Notes under the pieces: model-generated
The model's database searches: none
What the model was told of the DNA's origin: nothing
What the model saw: the letters and a program-made list of their open reading frames with translations, nothing else
Part shown: positions 10,679 through 20,050 of the stretch, piece after piece
How the letters are laid out: each line of letters opens with the position of its first letter
Numbering within the stretch: position 1 is the stretch's first letter
DNA from: Candidatus Bathyarchaeota archaeon
GTDB lineage: Archaea; Thermoproteota; Bathyarchaeia; 40CM-2-53-6
Length of the DNA stretch: 64,000 nt
Direction of reading: 5' to 3'
Assembly: GCA_963833125.1 (NCBI GenBank)
Contig: CAWHWX010000016.1
Span: forward strand, 192,001 to 256,000
Position numbers and translations under genes: made by a program

Positions 10679-11915
10679 TTGTCGCTTCAGCGGACTCAGA
10701 ACAATCTGCCGAAATCTGAGAGCACGATCAAGATAATCACCGAGGGGCGAGTTAGTAGGCTCCCACATATCGTTAAAGTCCGATTTGAGTGCACAACGGG
10801 TCCTTCTTTGTCTTGGCGGGAGCCGAAGAAGCGATTGGATCTTAAACGCTCTGCAATCAGGCGTCGCGAAGGTTAGCGGGGGAGGCCTTGTTTTCAATTC
10901 GGTTGTTGCGAAGGCCACGGATGAGGAGAAGAATGGCAGCATTCGATGCTTTCGTTTCAAAGTATGGAATCGCCGTTGTCAACGATTGGTATCCCAACTC
11001 AACAGCATGCCTACGACTAAGTCCCAACGGACCGCCAACGCAACGGGGAGCTGTTAGAGGGGAAGGAAAAGCAACGAGCACCTACAGTGAATGGCTCGGA
11101 CAGAACAAGGAATACTATCGTGGAATATCAGAAGCTTTCGACTCAGCCTCTGAGGAATACGATTTCACCATCAGTCATAACTACATCAACACATGGATAA
11201 GGAAACGTTCGATCTCCGAACTCCTGAGGTTCGTGAAGCCAAGCGATACGCTAGTCGAGATAGGCTGCGGAACTGGCGCTGAAGCCGTTGAAGTGTCAAG
11301 ACATGTTTCCCGAATCATCGCCACAGATATTTCCGAAAAAATGATGGAGATACTTAGAAGGAAGATTCAAGCTAGAAATCTAGTTGGTAGGATAATCCCG
11401 CTTCAAATAAGAGCTGCTGACATAAGAAAAGCGAGCGATGTTATTGGAGGGGACGTGATCGACACTGCTTATTCGTTTAACGGCGCTCTTAACTGCGAAC
11501 CGGACTTAGACCAATTTGTCGAAGGTCTCTCAAGAGTACTAGCGCCAAGAGGATTTTTTGTCTGCTCCGTAAGGAACTCCTTTTGCTTAGGTGAGGCGCT
11601 TTCGCATGCCCGGTCTTACAGTTTGATAGGATGACGCCTCGAAAGAAACAGCCTGTGATGGTTTCTGTGGGAGGCATGGACATACCGGCATTCTACTATC
11701 CTCCCTCAGCATTTGCGCAATTCTTTGCAACGAAGTTCACGCTGCGAAGAATCATAGGGCTCCCAGCCTTCTTACCGCCGGCTTACTTGAGTGATTACTA
11801 TGTCAGGTTCAAGAACATTGCGTCAGTATTAGAGAAATTTGAACAGGCTCTCGGCGATCATTTTCCTTTCAACCGGTTGGGCGATCAAACTCTCTTCATT
11901 TTCCAAAACCACTAG
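10679..11915 (+). CDS. Fusion of F420-dependent split-beta-barrel (Ddn/FDOR-like) domain and class I SAM methyltransferase (several frameshifts)
   Basis: Pieces in successive frames: IITEGRVSRLPHIVKVRF / SDWILNALQSGVAKV / FVSKYG..VNDWY, then VEIGCGTG, ATDISEKM, SFNGALN, LAPRG. Confidence 0.7.
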
Positions 11916-11952
11916 TTTTGCACCTAGCGGGAGAGGAAGGAGGATCATTCAA

Positions 11953-13219
11953 ATGAAGCCTTTCGAGGGAGAACATCAAAAGATGGTTATCATCATTTTG
12001 TCTGGCCTTATGATCAGAGAACTCTTTTCATTTTGGACTGGCCATCCCACTGATTTCGAATTGTGGGTAAGGTTGGGGTACGCGATGAATCATGGAGGTG
12101 ACCCATACGGCGTGCTTCCGCCTGTTCCGGGTCTAAGTTTTGCAAACGTCTTCGCTAACTTGAACACGCCCACGATAGCTTATCTTCCCTTCTGGCCCCT
12201 GTTGACCGGTCTAATCTACGCTTTGTATTCGATTATTGGATCGAACGATCGGTTCGTTTACTACTTTCTTCTAAAGCAACCCGTGATCTTCGGCGACGTC
12301 GGCCTTGCGTATCTAATGTTCTCGTATGTACGCTTTAGGAAACCGGGTCGGTCTTCGTTCTGGGTGCTCTCCTTTTTGGTTGTTCTCTCCTTTCACAATA
12401 ATCATATCAGGTATATGGGGCATGTTCGATGGCATCGCTATTTGCTTCATTCTCGCATCAATAATGTCGAAGACCCAAACCAAGAAGGCTATCTGGTCCG
12501 GCCTCGGAATATTCGCCAAATCCATTCCGATCATATACGCTGCGCCTACTACTATGAAGACCTTGAAGGACGCATGGGTCTTAGTCTTAGCCCTAACAAT
12601 ACCGACAGCGTTGTCCCTCTTCACTCTTGCAATCATGAAATGGCCGATTTCAACCGTCACCGCGACCTTGGCTTCTACCGTGGGAAAGGGCGGGTCGTCT
12701 ATGTCGATCTGGGACGCTTTCTTTTACCTGAATTACCTTGGGCTCATCTCCCCGCTGACGTCATTAGAATACAGAATCTTGGGTGTCGTATGGATTCCCG
12801 TGTTGATAGTCTGTACTTGGTTGGCAATCAAGCGTTTCAAAAATGAATCGGATTACGGGATAATCCAAACCCTACTCGTTTGCACGCTGATTTTTCTAAT
12901 CTTCAAGGCGCAGGTGACGGAACAGTACGCACTTTACCTCTTTACTTTTGCCGCGATCGACGTGGCTTTATGGAATCCCAAGAGGAAATTGTTGCTCCTT
13001 GGTACCATGTCGGTGGCGATGATTTACTTGGTAATGAATAACTACTTTCTGATTCGATTTCTCTCCCCGGTCTATCCAGATTTCGCCGGTTTCGAGAGCG
13101 CCTTGTATTTGATAATTGGACCGGCGAGGTATGCAGTAAATTTCCTTGCGGGAGCCGCGTTCACCTGCCTAAACGTCAAATATCTAGCAGATGTGGTGAG
13201 CAGCACGAGTAAGGGGTGA
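11953..13219 (+). CDS. GT-C fold polytopic glycosyltransferase (GT87/PIG-M-like; frameshift near 12370)
   Basis: GHPTDF loop, GGDPY, YLPFWP, LLKQP, WGMFD, multiple TM helices. Confidence 0.78.
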
Positions 13220-13902
13220 GAACGTTGAACAAATTGAAGTTAATTATCGCTATACTCGCTTTGGCTTTGATTCTTGAGTCGACTCTGTTCGCAACAATCT
13301 ATTACAGTCGAACCACTCCTGTGGTTTCTTCGCTGCAGAATGTTCAGATCCTCAAGAAGTCATTCGAGGCAGAATTCAGTCTGTTCAACCAACCCATCTC
13401 CAATGACACGGAATACGTACTCGACCAAGGCTTGGAAGGTTCCTGGCAAGTCACGGTTCAGAGTCATCTTGTTCCATCGTCAGATAATCTCAAAGGAACT
13501 GAGGCTCAGATTGCTTTCGCGCCGGAATACGCTAGCGAAAATCGCTCTATTCCAACTATCATTGTACAGGAACGGGGCGATGGCCTTCTTAGGATTGAAT
13601 ACTTTGCCCAAGATTGGAACAACACGTATGGTTTAGTTCTGTACAACTCAACCGCCCCGACCTGGACAGACGGCCAGAATATCACTCTCACATTCCTCAG
13701 CTATGGGCCACCTGCCCAAGTGAACCCCCAAATTGCGCCGTACCCAAATGGCAACTTAACGATCTCCGTGGGGACTAGCATTGTAGTTTCCAACTACCCA
13801 ATAGCTTGGGCCAACCTCTCAGACTTCTATATCTACGGGCTGAAAGGCTCATCGTTCGTTAATGGCGTTCTGACTTTGACCGTCTACGAGGTTAGATCCT
13901 GA
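13216..13902 (+). CDS. Membrane-anchored extracellular beta-rich protein
   Basis: N-terminal TM/signal, several N-x-S/T sequons; overlaps the upstream stop. Confidence 0.7.
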   Translation: MRTLNKLKLIIAILALALILESTLFATIYYSRTTPVVSSLQNVQILKKSFEAEFSLFNQPISNDTEYVLDQGLEGSWQVTVQSHLVPSSDNLKGTEAQIAFAPEYASENRSIPTIIVQERGDGLLRIEYFAQDWNNTYGLVLYNSTAPTWTDGQNITLTFLSYGPPAQVNPQIAPYPNGNLTISVGTSIVVSNYPIAWANLSDFYIYGLKGSSFVNGVLTLTVYEVRS

Positions 13903-13904
13903 GG

Positions 13905-14942
13905 TTGATTGTCACAGCTTCGGTTCTCCTCTATCTGACTATGCTTGCTCCACTCTCTCTTCCAACTGTGCAGGTGACGCCTGGAATTGCTCTTGAGCCA
14001 CCATCGGGTTTCTACGCCTACAACTTCGCACCAACATTGAACTCACCCGATAACAATGAAATCTACGATCCGAATTTCATACCCGGCTTTCGTGCCGGTC
14101 TAACAAATACTTCGTTGCATTGGGACTCGGGCCTCGGATACGCTCACATAGGTTATTCGATAGGCCCATGGCAGAATTTGCAAGTTGCCTTACCCCACAT
14201 GGCCGTCGGCCCCCAGTGTTGCAACTTTATGGAAGTTCCCAGAACGCAACAATACAGAGGCGAGGATTGGGGTGACTACTATTACGTCAAAGCAGGTTTC
14301 TTGTCCCCCGGCGTGAACATGGCCAATTTCACGAGCACCTTCACTGCGCCGGCAGATGTAGGCCTTCGCACGGATTGGCCATGGTTTGTCAGTCTCTCGC
14401 TTGATTGGAAACAGCCCAAACTTCTCAGCCCAAGAAATGAATGGGGCGCCTTAGGCATCACGGCAACACAATACGTGCCAAATGCCCCAAACAAGTTGGT
14501 CTATACTGTCGTGAACTTTTGGATGGACTCGAACAGCTCAAATGTCCTTTCGAAGTTGCCCGGATCTTCTTCCGAACGAATGATCGCAGGTTCGCATGTA
14601 GTCGTTTATCATCCGATCCAAATGACAGGTACGTACGACGGAAACCAAACGATTTCTATTGACTTATCGCCCTATCTCGAAGACACACTTAACGCTCTTG
14701 GCTTCTCTCCCTCAAGTGCTGAGCCTCCAGTGATCTCATACGTCTACCTCAACATTGAGGGCTATAACATGCAATGGAACACCACGTTGTACTCATTCTT
14801 TGTGGTTTCAAATCACAACCCGACAGAAGAAACTCCCGCCACCGCCACAGCACTTTATGGAGCCGCGATTATTACAGCCGTGGCTGGCTTAGTCTACATA
14901 AATCGCAAAATGAGGAAAAGAACCACTCAAGTTTTAGATTGA
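13905..14942 (+). CDS. Secreted protein with C-terminal TM anchor
   Basis: Hydrophobic N-terminus, aromatic-rich body, C-terminal TM and basic tail. Confidence 0.7.
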   Translation: MIVTASVLLYLTMLAPLSLPTVQVTPGIALEPPSGFYAYNFAPTLNSPDNNEIYDPNFIPGFRAGLTNTSLHWDSGLGYAHIGYSIGPWQNLQVALPHMAVGPQCCNFMEVPRTQQYRGEDWGDYYYVKAGFLSPGVNMANFTSTFTAPADVGLRTDWPWFVSLSLDWKQPKLLSPRNEWGALGITATQYVPNAPNKLVYTVVNFWMDSNSSNVLSKLPGSSSERMIAGSHVVVYHPIQMTGTYDGNQTISIDLSPYLEDTLNALGFSPSSAEPPVISYVYLNIEGYNMQWNTTLYSFFVVSNHNPTEETPATATALYGAAIITAVAGLVYINRKMRKRTTQVLD

Positions 14943-14948
14943 AGGCGT

Positions 14949-16343
14949 TCATCGACCAGTTTCTCTATTCCGCGTTGAACGTCTGGTCCTCCATCCTAGG
15001 ATTACAATCACCAGTAGGACGGAGGCTGCGACGATTGGAAAGGTGATCAGTGTCAGGGTCGCCTGCGGGTTCGGCGCTACAATTGTTGAACCATTTCGCG
15101 TGTATGGAAGGCTGTTCAACGGTATCTGAATTGGGGCAGGAAATGTTCTCGCTGAGTAAGCACTGTTACTGTCAAGGATTACGGGCGCCCTCGGTGCGGC
15201 GTTGAAGTAGAAGAAGTCGAGTAAGTCATTAGAATTTGCTACGTTCTGATTTAACGGCTGCAGATTCCAATTGTAATCTATGAACCGAAGAAGCGACATG
15301 TGGTTTAGGAGAGGCTTTGAAACGTAGTTTTCTTTGGCAAAAGGCGAAATGACCAATAGAGGAACTCTTTGACCGTAACCGCGCAAGACATGTTCGAATC
15401 CATGATTTATGCTAAGCAGTTGTGGCGGGGGGACATGATCGTAGTACCCGCCTCCTTCATCGTAAGTTAGGAAGATCGCCGAAGAATTCCAGTAGCTGCT
15501 CTCCATGACGGCGTTGATGATCGACACAACCCACAATTCGCCTTCAGTAACGTTGGAAGGAGGGTGCTCGTCCAGAGTATCGAATCCTACGGCGTTCACA
15601 AAGCTTACTGATGGTAAATTGTTTCCTTCAGACAGGTCACGAAGGAAGGCCGGTACGTCTTGGACTTGGTTGAGGGCGCTTGAGTTAAGATTTGAAAGAT
15701 AGTTGATTGGAGGAACTAACTGCTCTTGAGCCGTGAAAAAGTCAAAATAGCCCCAAGAAATCCCGTGAGCCGAGAGTTGGTTTAATATGGTAAGATTGTA
15801 TGGCAAGTACGGGGGCGGTCCATCATTCTGAGAAACTGGAGTGTCACCAGCGAGCAGAATCAGCCTATTGGGATTAGTCGTAGAAAGTGCAGGCGCGAAG
15901 TAGTTATCAGCTAAACCGTATTCCTCTGCGTAAACCCAGTACGCCGGGATTTGATGGTAATCGAAGTAAGCCAGCGACTGGGGACCTGAATAAGCCGCGA
16001 ACCCATCCATTTTGCCGTTATCGTAGTCGTTCTCGTATGTGACCTGCCCTTCTGACGGGCTAAATGTGTTGCCAGCGTTGGCGTAATAGGGCGAAAGGCA
16101 ACCCGTTCCAAACGGTACACAGATCCCCTTCGGAATGCCGTCGATGGGTTCCAGCCGAGATGTGATGCCATTGATGAGAGTACCGTTAGCTTCGGGGTAC
16201 GTTCCGAAGTAGTTGTCGAAGCTATGGTTCTCCTGGACGATCACGATGACGTGTTTGATTGGAGTCTCAGTGTCCGCAATTGAGTAGTTGCTTCGGAGCG
16301 TGAGCGCTAGAGCAGCGACCAAAACTACAGTAAGTAGCTTCAC
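14949..16343 (-). CDS. Phosphoesterase / phospholipase C-acid phosphatase family, membrane-anchored
   Basis: IKHVIVIVQENHSFDNYFG, PNR, DEHPP, TYDEGGGYYDHVPPP, GQRVP; signal peptide and C-terminal TM. Confidence 0.9.
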   Translation of the reverse strand: MKLLTVVLVAALALTLRSNYSIADTETPIKHVIVIVQENHSFDNYFGTYPEANGTLINGITSRLEPIDGIPKGICVPFGTGCLSPYYANAGNTFSPSEGQVTYENDYDNGKMDGFAAYSGPQSLAYFDYHQIPAYWVYAEEYGLADNYFAPALSTTNPNRLILLAGDTPVSQNDGPPPYLPYNLTILNQLSAHGISWGYFDFFTAQEQLVPPINYLSNLNSSALNQVQDVPAFLRDLSEGNNLPSVSFVNAVGFDTLDEHPPSNVTEGELWVVSIINAVMESSYWNSSAIFLTYDEGGGYYDHVPPPQLLSINHGFEHVLRGYGQRVPLLVISPFAKENYVSKPLLNHMSLLRFIDYNWNLQPLNQNVANSNDLLDFFYFNAAPRAPVILDSNSAYSARTFPAPIQIPLNSLPYTRNGSTIVAPNPQATLTLITFPIVAASVLLVIVILGWRTRRSTRNRETGR

Positions 16344-16380
16344 GAAGGTCAGATCCTTTCTCCAACCTCAACACTCAGAT

Positions 16381-17235
16381 TCAAGTCAGCTTGAATAGCT
16401 GCACGAGCTGGAACGTAACATACATGAAAGCTAACCCGAGCACAATGGCGAATGGTAGTCCTGGGAACATATCCCTCCCCTCTAACATCTTGAATCCGAG
16501 GAATGCTCCGATTACGATACCGAATGCGGCTGCGATGTATGGGAGCAGGCCGAAGTTCATCATTGAAATGCTCGCAAGCATCGAGTAAAACACCATATCC
16601 CCCATACCCACGGTCAAGTCACCATAGGTGAAGACGGCGCCCGTGAATTCTTCTAAGTCTGTTGATTCAGCCATCTTTCCAATTGGGCCTTTGTAGACGG
16701 CGAAGAGGTCGTATGCGGCTAGGGCGAGCAAAAGAACGATTCCTGTCAAGGTGGGTATAGAGACGCCCAGGAATGTTCCTGTCATACCTCCTATGATGAT
16801 AATTGCTGCAAAATGGAGGGCCCTCTTCGTTTTGTAAATTGCTAACCCCAGAGCGACCGCCCCTAGCAAACTAACTAGAAGCCAGGGCAATGGCGAGGAA
16901 GTCAACACAGCCGGTAGAACGTTTGCATATAGCGTCCCATACCAAGTGAATAGAAAGAAAACCAACGCAAAGAGTGCTACGTTGATCAGGTATCTAACGA
17001 CTCGCTTCAATCCGAATTTTATGAACAGGTACATCAGTGTGCCCATAGCGGCCATGAGGATGACGAAGATGCTTGCGTTGAGCGTGATTCCACTAGTGGT
17101 TTCCGGGAAAATTGTGATCGGAACAATTGGGGCGTTTGATGACTGAAGGCTGTAGGTTAGCAGTCCCGCCAGAGCGATTGCGAGAATCTCGGGGATTAGT
17201 TGTTGTGGCTTGGCCTTGAATTTGCTCTTACTCAA
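16381..17235 (-). CDS. Presenilin-family GxGD intramembrane aspartyl protease
   Basis: AYDLFAVYKGP, VGMGDMVFYS, FPGLP (PAL motif), about 9 TM helices. Confidence 0.9.
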   Translation of the reverse strand: MSKSKFKAKPQQLIPEILAIALAGLLTYSLQSSNAPIVPITIFPETTSGITLNASIFVILMAAMGTLMYLFIKFGLKRVVRYLINVALFALVFFLFTWYGTLYANVLPAVLTSSPLPWLLVSLLGAVALGLAIYKTKRALHFAAIIIIGGMTGTFLGVSIPTLTGIVLLLALAAYDLFAVYKGPIGKMAESTDLEEFTGAVFTYGDLTVGMGDMVFYSMLASISMMNFGLLPYIAAAFGIVIGAFLGFKMLEGRDMFPGLPFAIVLGLAFMYVTFQLVQLFKLT

Positions 17236-17776
17236 CTTCTAACCATCTCAAATTATGTTCGCATTCCGCACAGAAGTCTTCCTGCTTTCTGTCGGTGTCT
17301 GATAATCGTTCGGAAAAATACATGACGCACACGGGGTTGAGACAATGTTTCAACCTTAACATGTGTCCGATTTCATGTATCGCCTCCTTGGCAACTCTCT
17401 GTCCGAAGAGGGCAGCTTCGCTCCGGATCTGCGGCCTCAGGCGAAACGTGGAAATCACGGCAGTTCGCCCAGGACACCTCGCTTCACCGAAAACAAAATT
17501 CATACTCGGAACGTAAAGGTCCAGAGGAGTAACGCCCAGCAATAGCTCTACGCGGGTGGATTGAATGAGTTCTTCAAGGATTACCAAAATGCGTGTTGAA
17601 TGATATTGGCCTCGGAACGAATCGTAAGCTTCTGCAGGTTCTCTAATAGGCTCAAGTATCTCCGCCTGATAGCGTGGGAATCTTAGCGAAATCTGTTCCT
17701 TTAGAGTGTTGAGCGGGTAGTCGGTTGTTGGGCCGATCTGAATGAGGCCTAAATTATCATACATCGAATACTTCAC
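17228..17776 (-). CDS. amzA: Archaemetzincin Zn metalloprotease
   Basis: NFVFGEA, HEIGHMLRLKHC...CVMYFS...FCAEC. Confidence 0.9.
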   Translation of the reverse strand: MKYSMYDNLGLIQIGPTTDYPLNTLKEQISLRFPRYQAEILEPIREPAEAYDSFRGQYHSTRILVILEELIQSTRVELLLGVTPLDLYVPSMNFVFGEARCPGRTAVISTFRLRPQIRSEAALFGQRVAKEAIHEIGHMLRLKHCLNPVCVMYFSERLSDTDRKQEDFCAECEHNLRWLEVE

Positions 17777-19016
17777 CAGGCTTTGGGGTTGCAGTCTGTA
17801 GGCCTAGTTCTTGTGATGCCCAATCCGCGAGGCCCTTGCAGTTTGCTTCTTCGCCGTGAACAACAAAGACTCGTGTCCTTTTATCGAGTTCCTTGAGTGT
17901 TTCTTGGAGCTGTGTCTTTCCTCCGTGGGAGGAGAAATCGTATTTCTCAACCCGAGCCTTGACCTTTCTTGTGTCTCCGTGCAGTATGAAGTGGCCCTCG
18001 TCGAGTAGGATTCTGCCTGGTGAACCTTGAACTTGATAACTGACTAGAAAGATTCCGTTGCCTTCTTTCAAGGCGATGTTTTCCATGTAAAACACTGACG
18101 CTCCTCCCTTCAGCATGCCCGCCGGTGAGACAATCACGCCCGGCATACGGGCTGCGCGCCTTCGTTCGTGCCAGTTTCTTATCTGATCCGCTTCTCTCAT
18201 TGCCGAGCGGAAGAGTTCGTCGTCCTTCAGTGCGTTCGGGAATTGCTCTAGCATCCTAATTGCGTCCAACGCCATGCCGTCCACTGAAACTGGGTAGGTG
18301 AAATTGTGGCCGGCTAGCATACAGATTATTTCTTGCGATCGGCCGACTCCGAAGGCTGGAACGAGGACGGTGCCTCCACCTTCGACGACTTCCTTACAGG
18401 CTAGTACGAAGTTCCGTTCAGATTCTGCTCTGTCGGGGTGGTCTTGTGCCGCGTACGTGCTCTCGATTACTATGGCGTCTAGGTTGTTGTACTCTCTATC
18501 TGCTCCGCTTACCAAGTGTGTTGGCACGAGGTTGAAGTCCCCGGTATAGAGAACGCGTTTTCCATCACTCTCGATAATTACCTGGGCGCTGCCGGGTATG
18601 TGGCCTGCATTTACGAGGGTAATCTTTGCGTCGTTGACCGAGAATTGGGAGTGATAATCCACGGGAATCGCATGGCCCATCATGCTCTCCAAGTCGATGT
18701 ATTCGAAGGGAAGGTAGTAACCGCTGAGTTTGATCATGTCGCGTACGAGCACGCTAGTCAGCTTGAAGGTTGGTTCAACAGCGTAGACCGGCAGTTTCAG
18801 AGCTTGAACATAGAATAGGGGAATCAAACCGCTATGGTCCAGGTGGGCGTGTGTGAGAACTACCGCATCCAAATCCTTGGGTGAGACATGAACTGGGAAG
18901 CCTACTTCATGATTTATCATGACCCCGTAGTCCATCAGGATCTGACTGCGTGCGGTCTTCGCGGCAATGGCGGAGCGTCCTACCTCCTGACAAGCTCCGA
19001 GAAACCGTAATTGCAT
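17757..19016 (-). CDS. Metallo-beta-lactamase/beta-CASP ribonuclease (aCPSF2-like)
   Basis: EVGRS, THAHLDHSG, AGHIPGS, YTGD, ESTY, FSSH, VHGE; no KH domains. Confidence 0.9.
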   Translation of the reverse strand: MQLRFLGACQEVGRSAIAAKTARSQILMDYGVMINHEVGFPVHVSPKDLDAVVLTHAHLDHSGLIPLFYVQALKLPVYAVEPTFKLTSVLVRDMIKLSGYYLPFEYIDLESMMGHAIPVDYHSQFSVNDAKITLVNAGHIPGSAQVIIESDGKRVLYTGDFNLVPTHLVSGADREYNNLDAIVIESTYAAQDHPDRAESERNFVLACKEVVEGGGTVLVPAFGVGRSQEIICMLAGHNFTYPVSVDGMALDAIRMLEQFPNALKDDELFRSAMREADQIRNWHERRRAARMPGVIVSPAGMLKGGASVFYMENIALKEGNGIFLVSYQVQGSPGRILLDEGHFILHGDTRKVKARVEKYDFSSHGGKTQLQETLKELDKRTRVFVVHGEEANCKGLADWASQELGLQTATPKPGEVFDV

Positions 19017-19086
19017 CCGTAATCAGCTAATCTCTTCGTGAAACTTTAGCTTTCCCAAATCGACTTCGCAAATGTAAGATTACCGG

Positions 19087-19803
19087 CTAGCCGTACATTC
19101 CACGCAACGATCGTGCTGTTTGCAGTAGCCGCTTGTCTATCTCTTCCTCAATATCCGCCGCATCATATTCCAAATCCTTTACGTCCACTTTGAGTCCGTA
19201 TGCTTTGGATACGGCTTTGATCGCGGTTGCCGCGGCCTTAGGGTCTGCGTGCTCTGCAGAGGCGTAGGGTAGAACGGCGACGGCTGGGAAGCCTTGTTTT
19301 TCGAACTCCCCAAGCATGACGGCCAAGGGTCCATAAACGAACAGGCCCGGTTCCAAAGTTGTGTGTTTCATCTTGACGGTTTTAGGCGGGTATCTGGCAG
19401 TTGGAACAATCCGGATCCCATCCGATCCCTCCTGGAGACTCGCATCCAAACCGCCTATCATCACCGTGTCTCTGAATTTATTGTTCATAGCCCACTGGGC
19501 GAGCGTCTTTGCAAACTCAGACTCTTCAGTCCTATGTGGTGAAAATTCGAGCTTTACAAGCACAATCCTTCCTGCCTGGTAAACTTCGAACGGTGTGACC
19601 AGTCCCGTTTCGGAAGTGGCGATGAATGGGGGTGGATGAGCTACATCTACGAAACCAATCCTCTTAGCTTTCAAGGCGTGAACGAGGTATGAGACCGAAA
19701 TGTAGCCTGTCTCGCCTACGCCATGGAAGCCAGTTATCAGGGTGCTATTTCGTAGGTTCTTGGCTTTGACCATGAAATTAACGGGCAAACGTATTTTCCT
19801 CAA
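19087..19803 (-). CDS. PAC2-family proteasome assembly chaperone
   Basis: ITGFHGVGETG, IGGLD, DPKAA, C-terminal GMYG HbYX-like motif. Confidence 0.85.
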   Translation of the reverse strand: MRKIRLPVNFMVKAKNLRNSTLITGFHGVGETGYISVSYLVHALKAKRIGFVDVAHPPPFIATSETGLVTPFEVYQAGRIVLVKLEFSPHRTEESEFAKTLAQWAMNNKFRDTVMIGGLDASLQEGSDGIRIVPTARYPPKTVKMKHTTLEPGLFVYGPLAVMLGEFEKQGFPAVAVLPYASAEHADPKAAATAIKAVSKAYGLKVDVKDLEYDAADIEEEIDKRLLQTARSLRGMYG

Positions 19804-19990
19804 GTGTTCCCGAGAATTATGAGAACGATTTCTTGCGCATGTCCGGACGAATATAATAACTTCGCTAGCTTCTCGTTCTGAACGCGGTGAGCCTTCAAAG
19901 AAGCAAATCGAACAATTCAGTCGCTGAGACGATCACAAAGGGCGATTATGAACCCTTTCTCGCAGTCCAAGACCTCGTTTGGAGTGAATT

Positions 19991-20007
19991 AGAAAAATAC
20001 TTATGTA
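19991..20007 (+). promoter_or_regulatory. BRE/TATA of thermosome gene
   Basis: AGAAAAATACTTATGTA about 45 nt upstream of ATG 20051. Confidence 0.55.
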
Positions 20008-20030
20008 CGGCGGATTTTTATGCTGTGGTA

Positions 20031-20045
20031 GTCACCTGAGGTAAC
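20031..20045. promoter_or_regulatory. Putative heat-shock repressor operator GTCAC-N5-GTAAC
   Basis: Imperfect palindrome between TATA and start codon; same motif precedes dnaK and htpX. Confidence 0.65.
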
Positions 20046-20050
20046 AAAAA

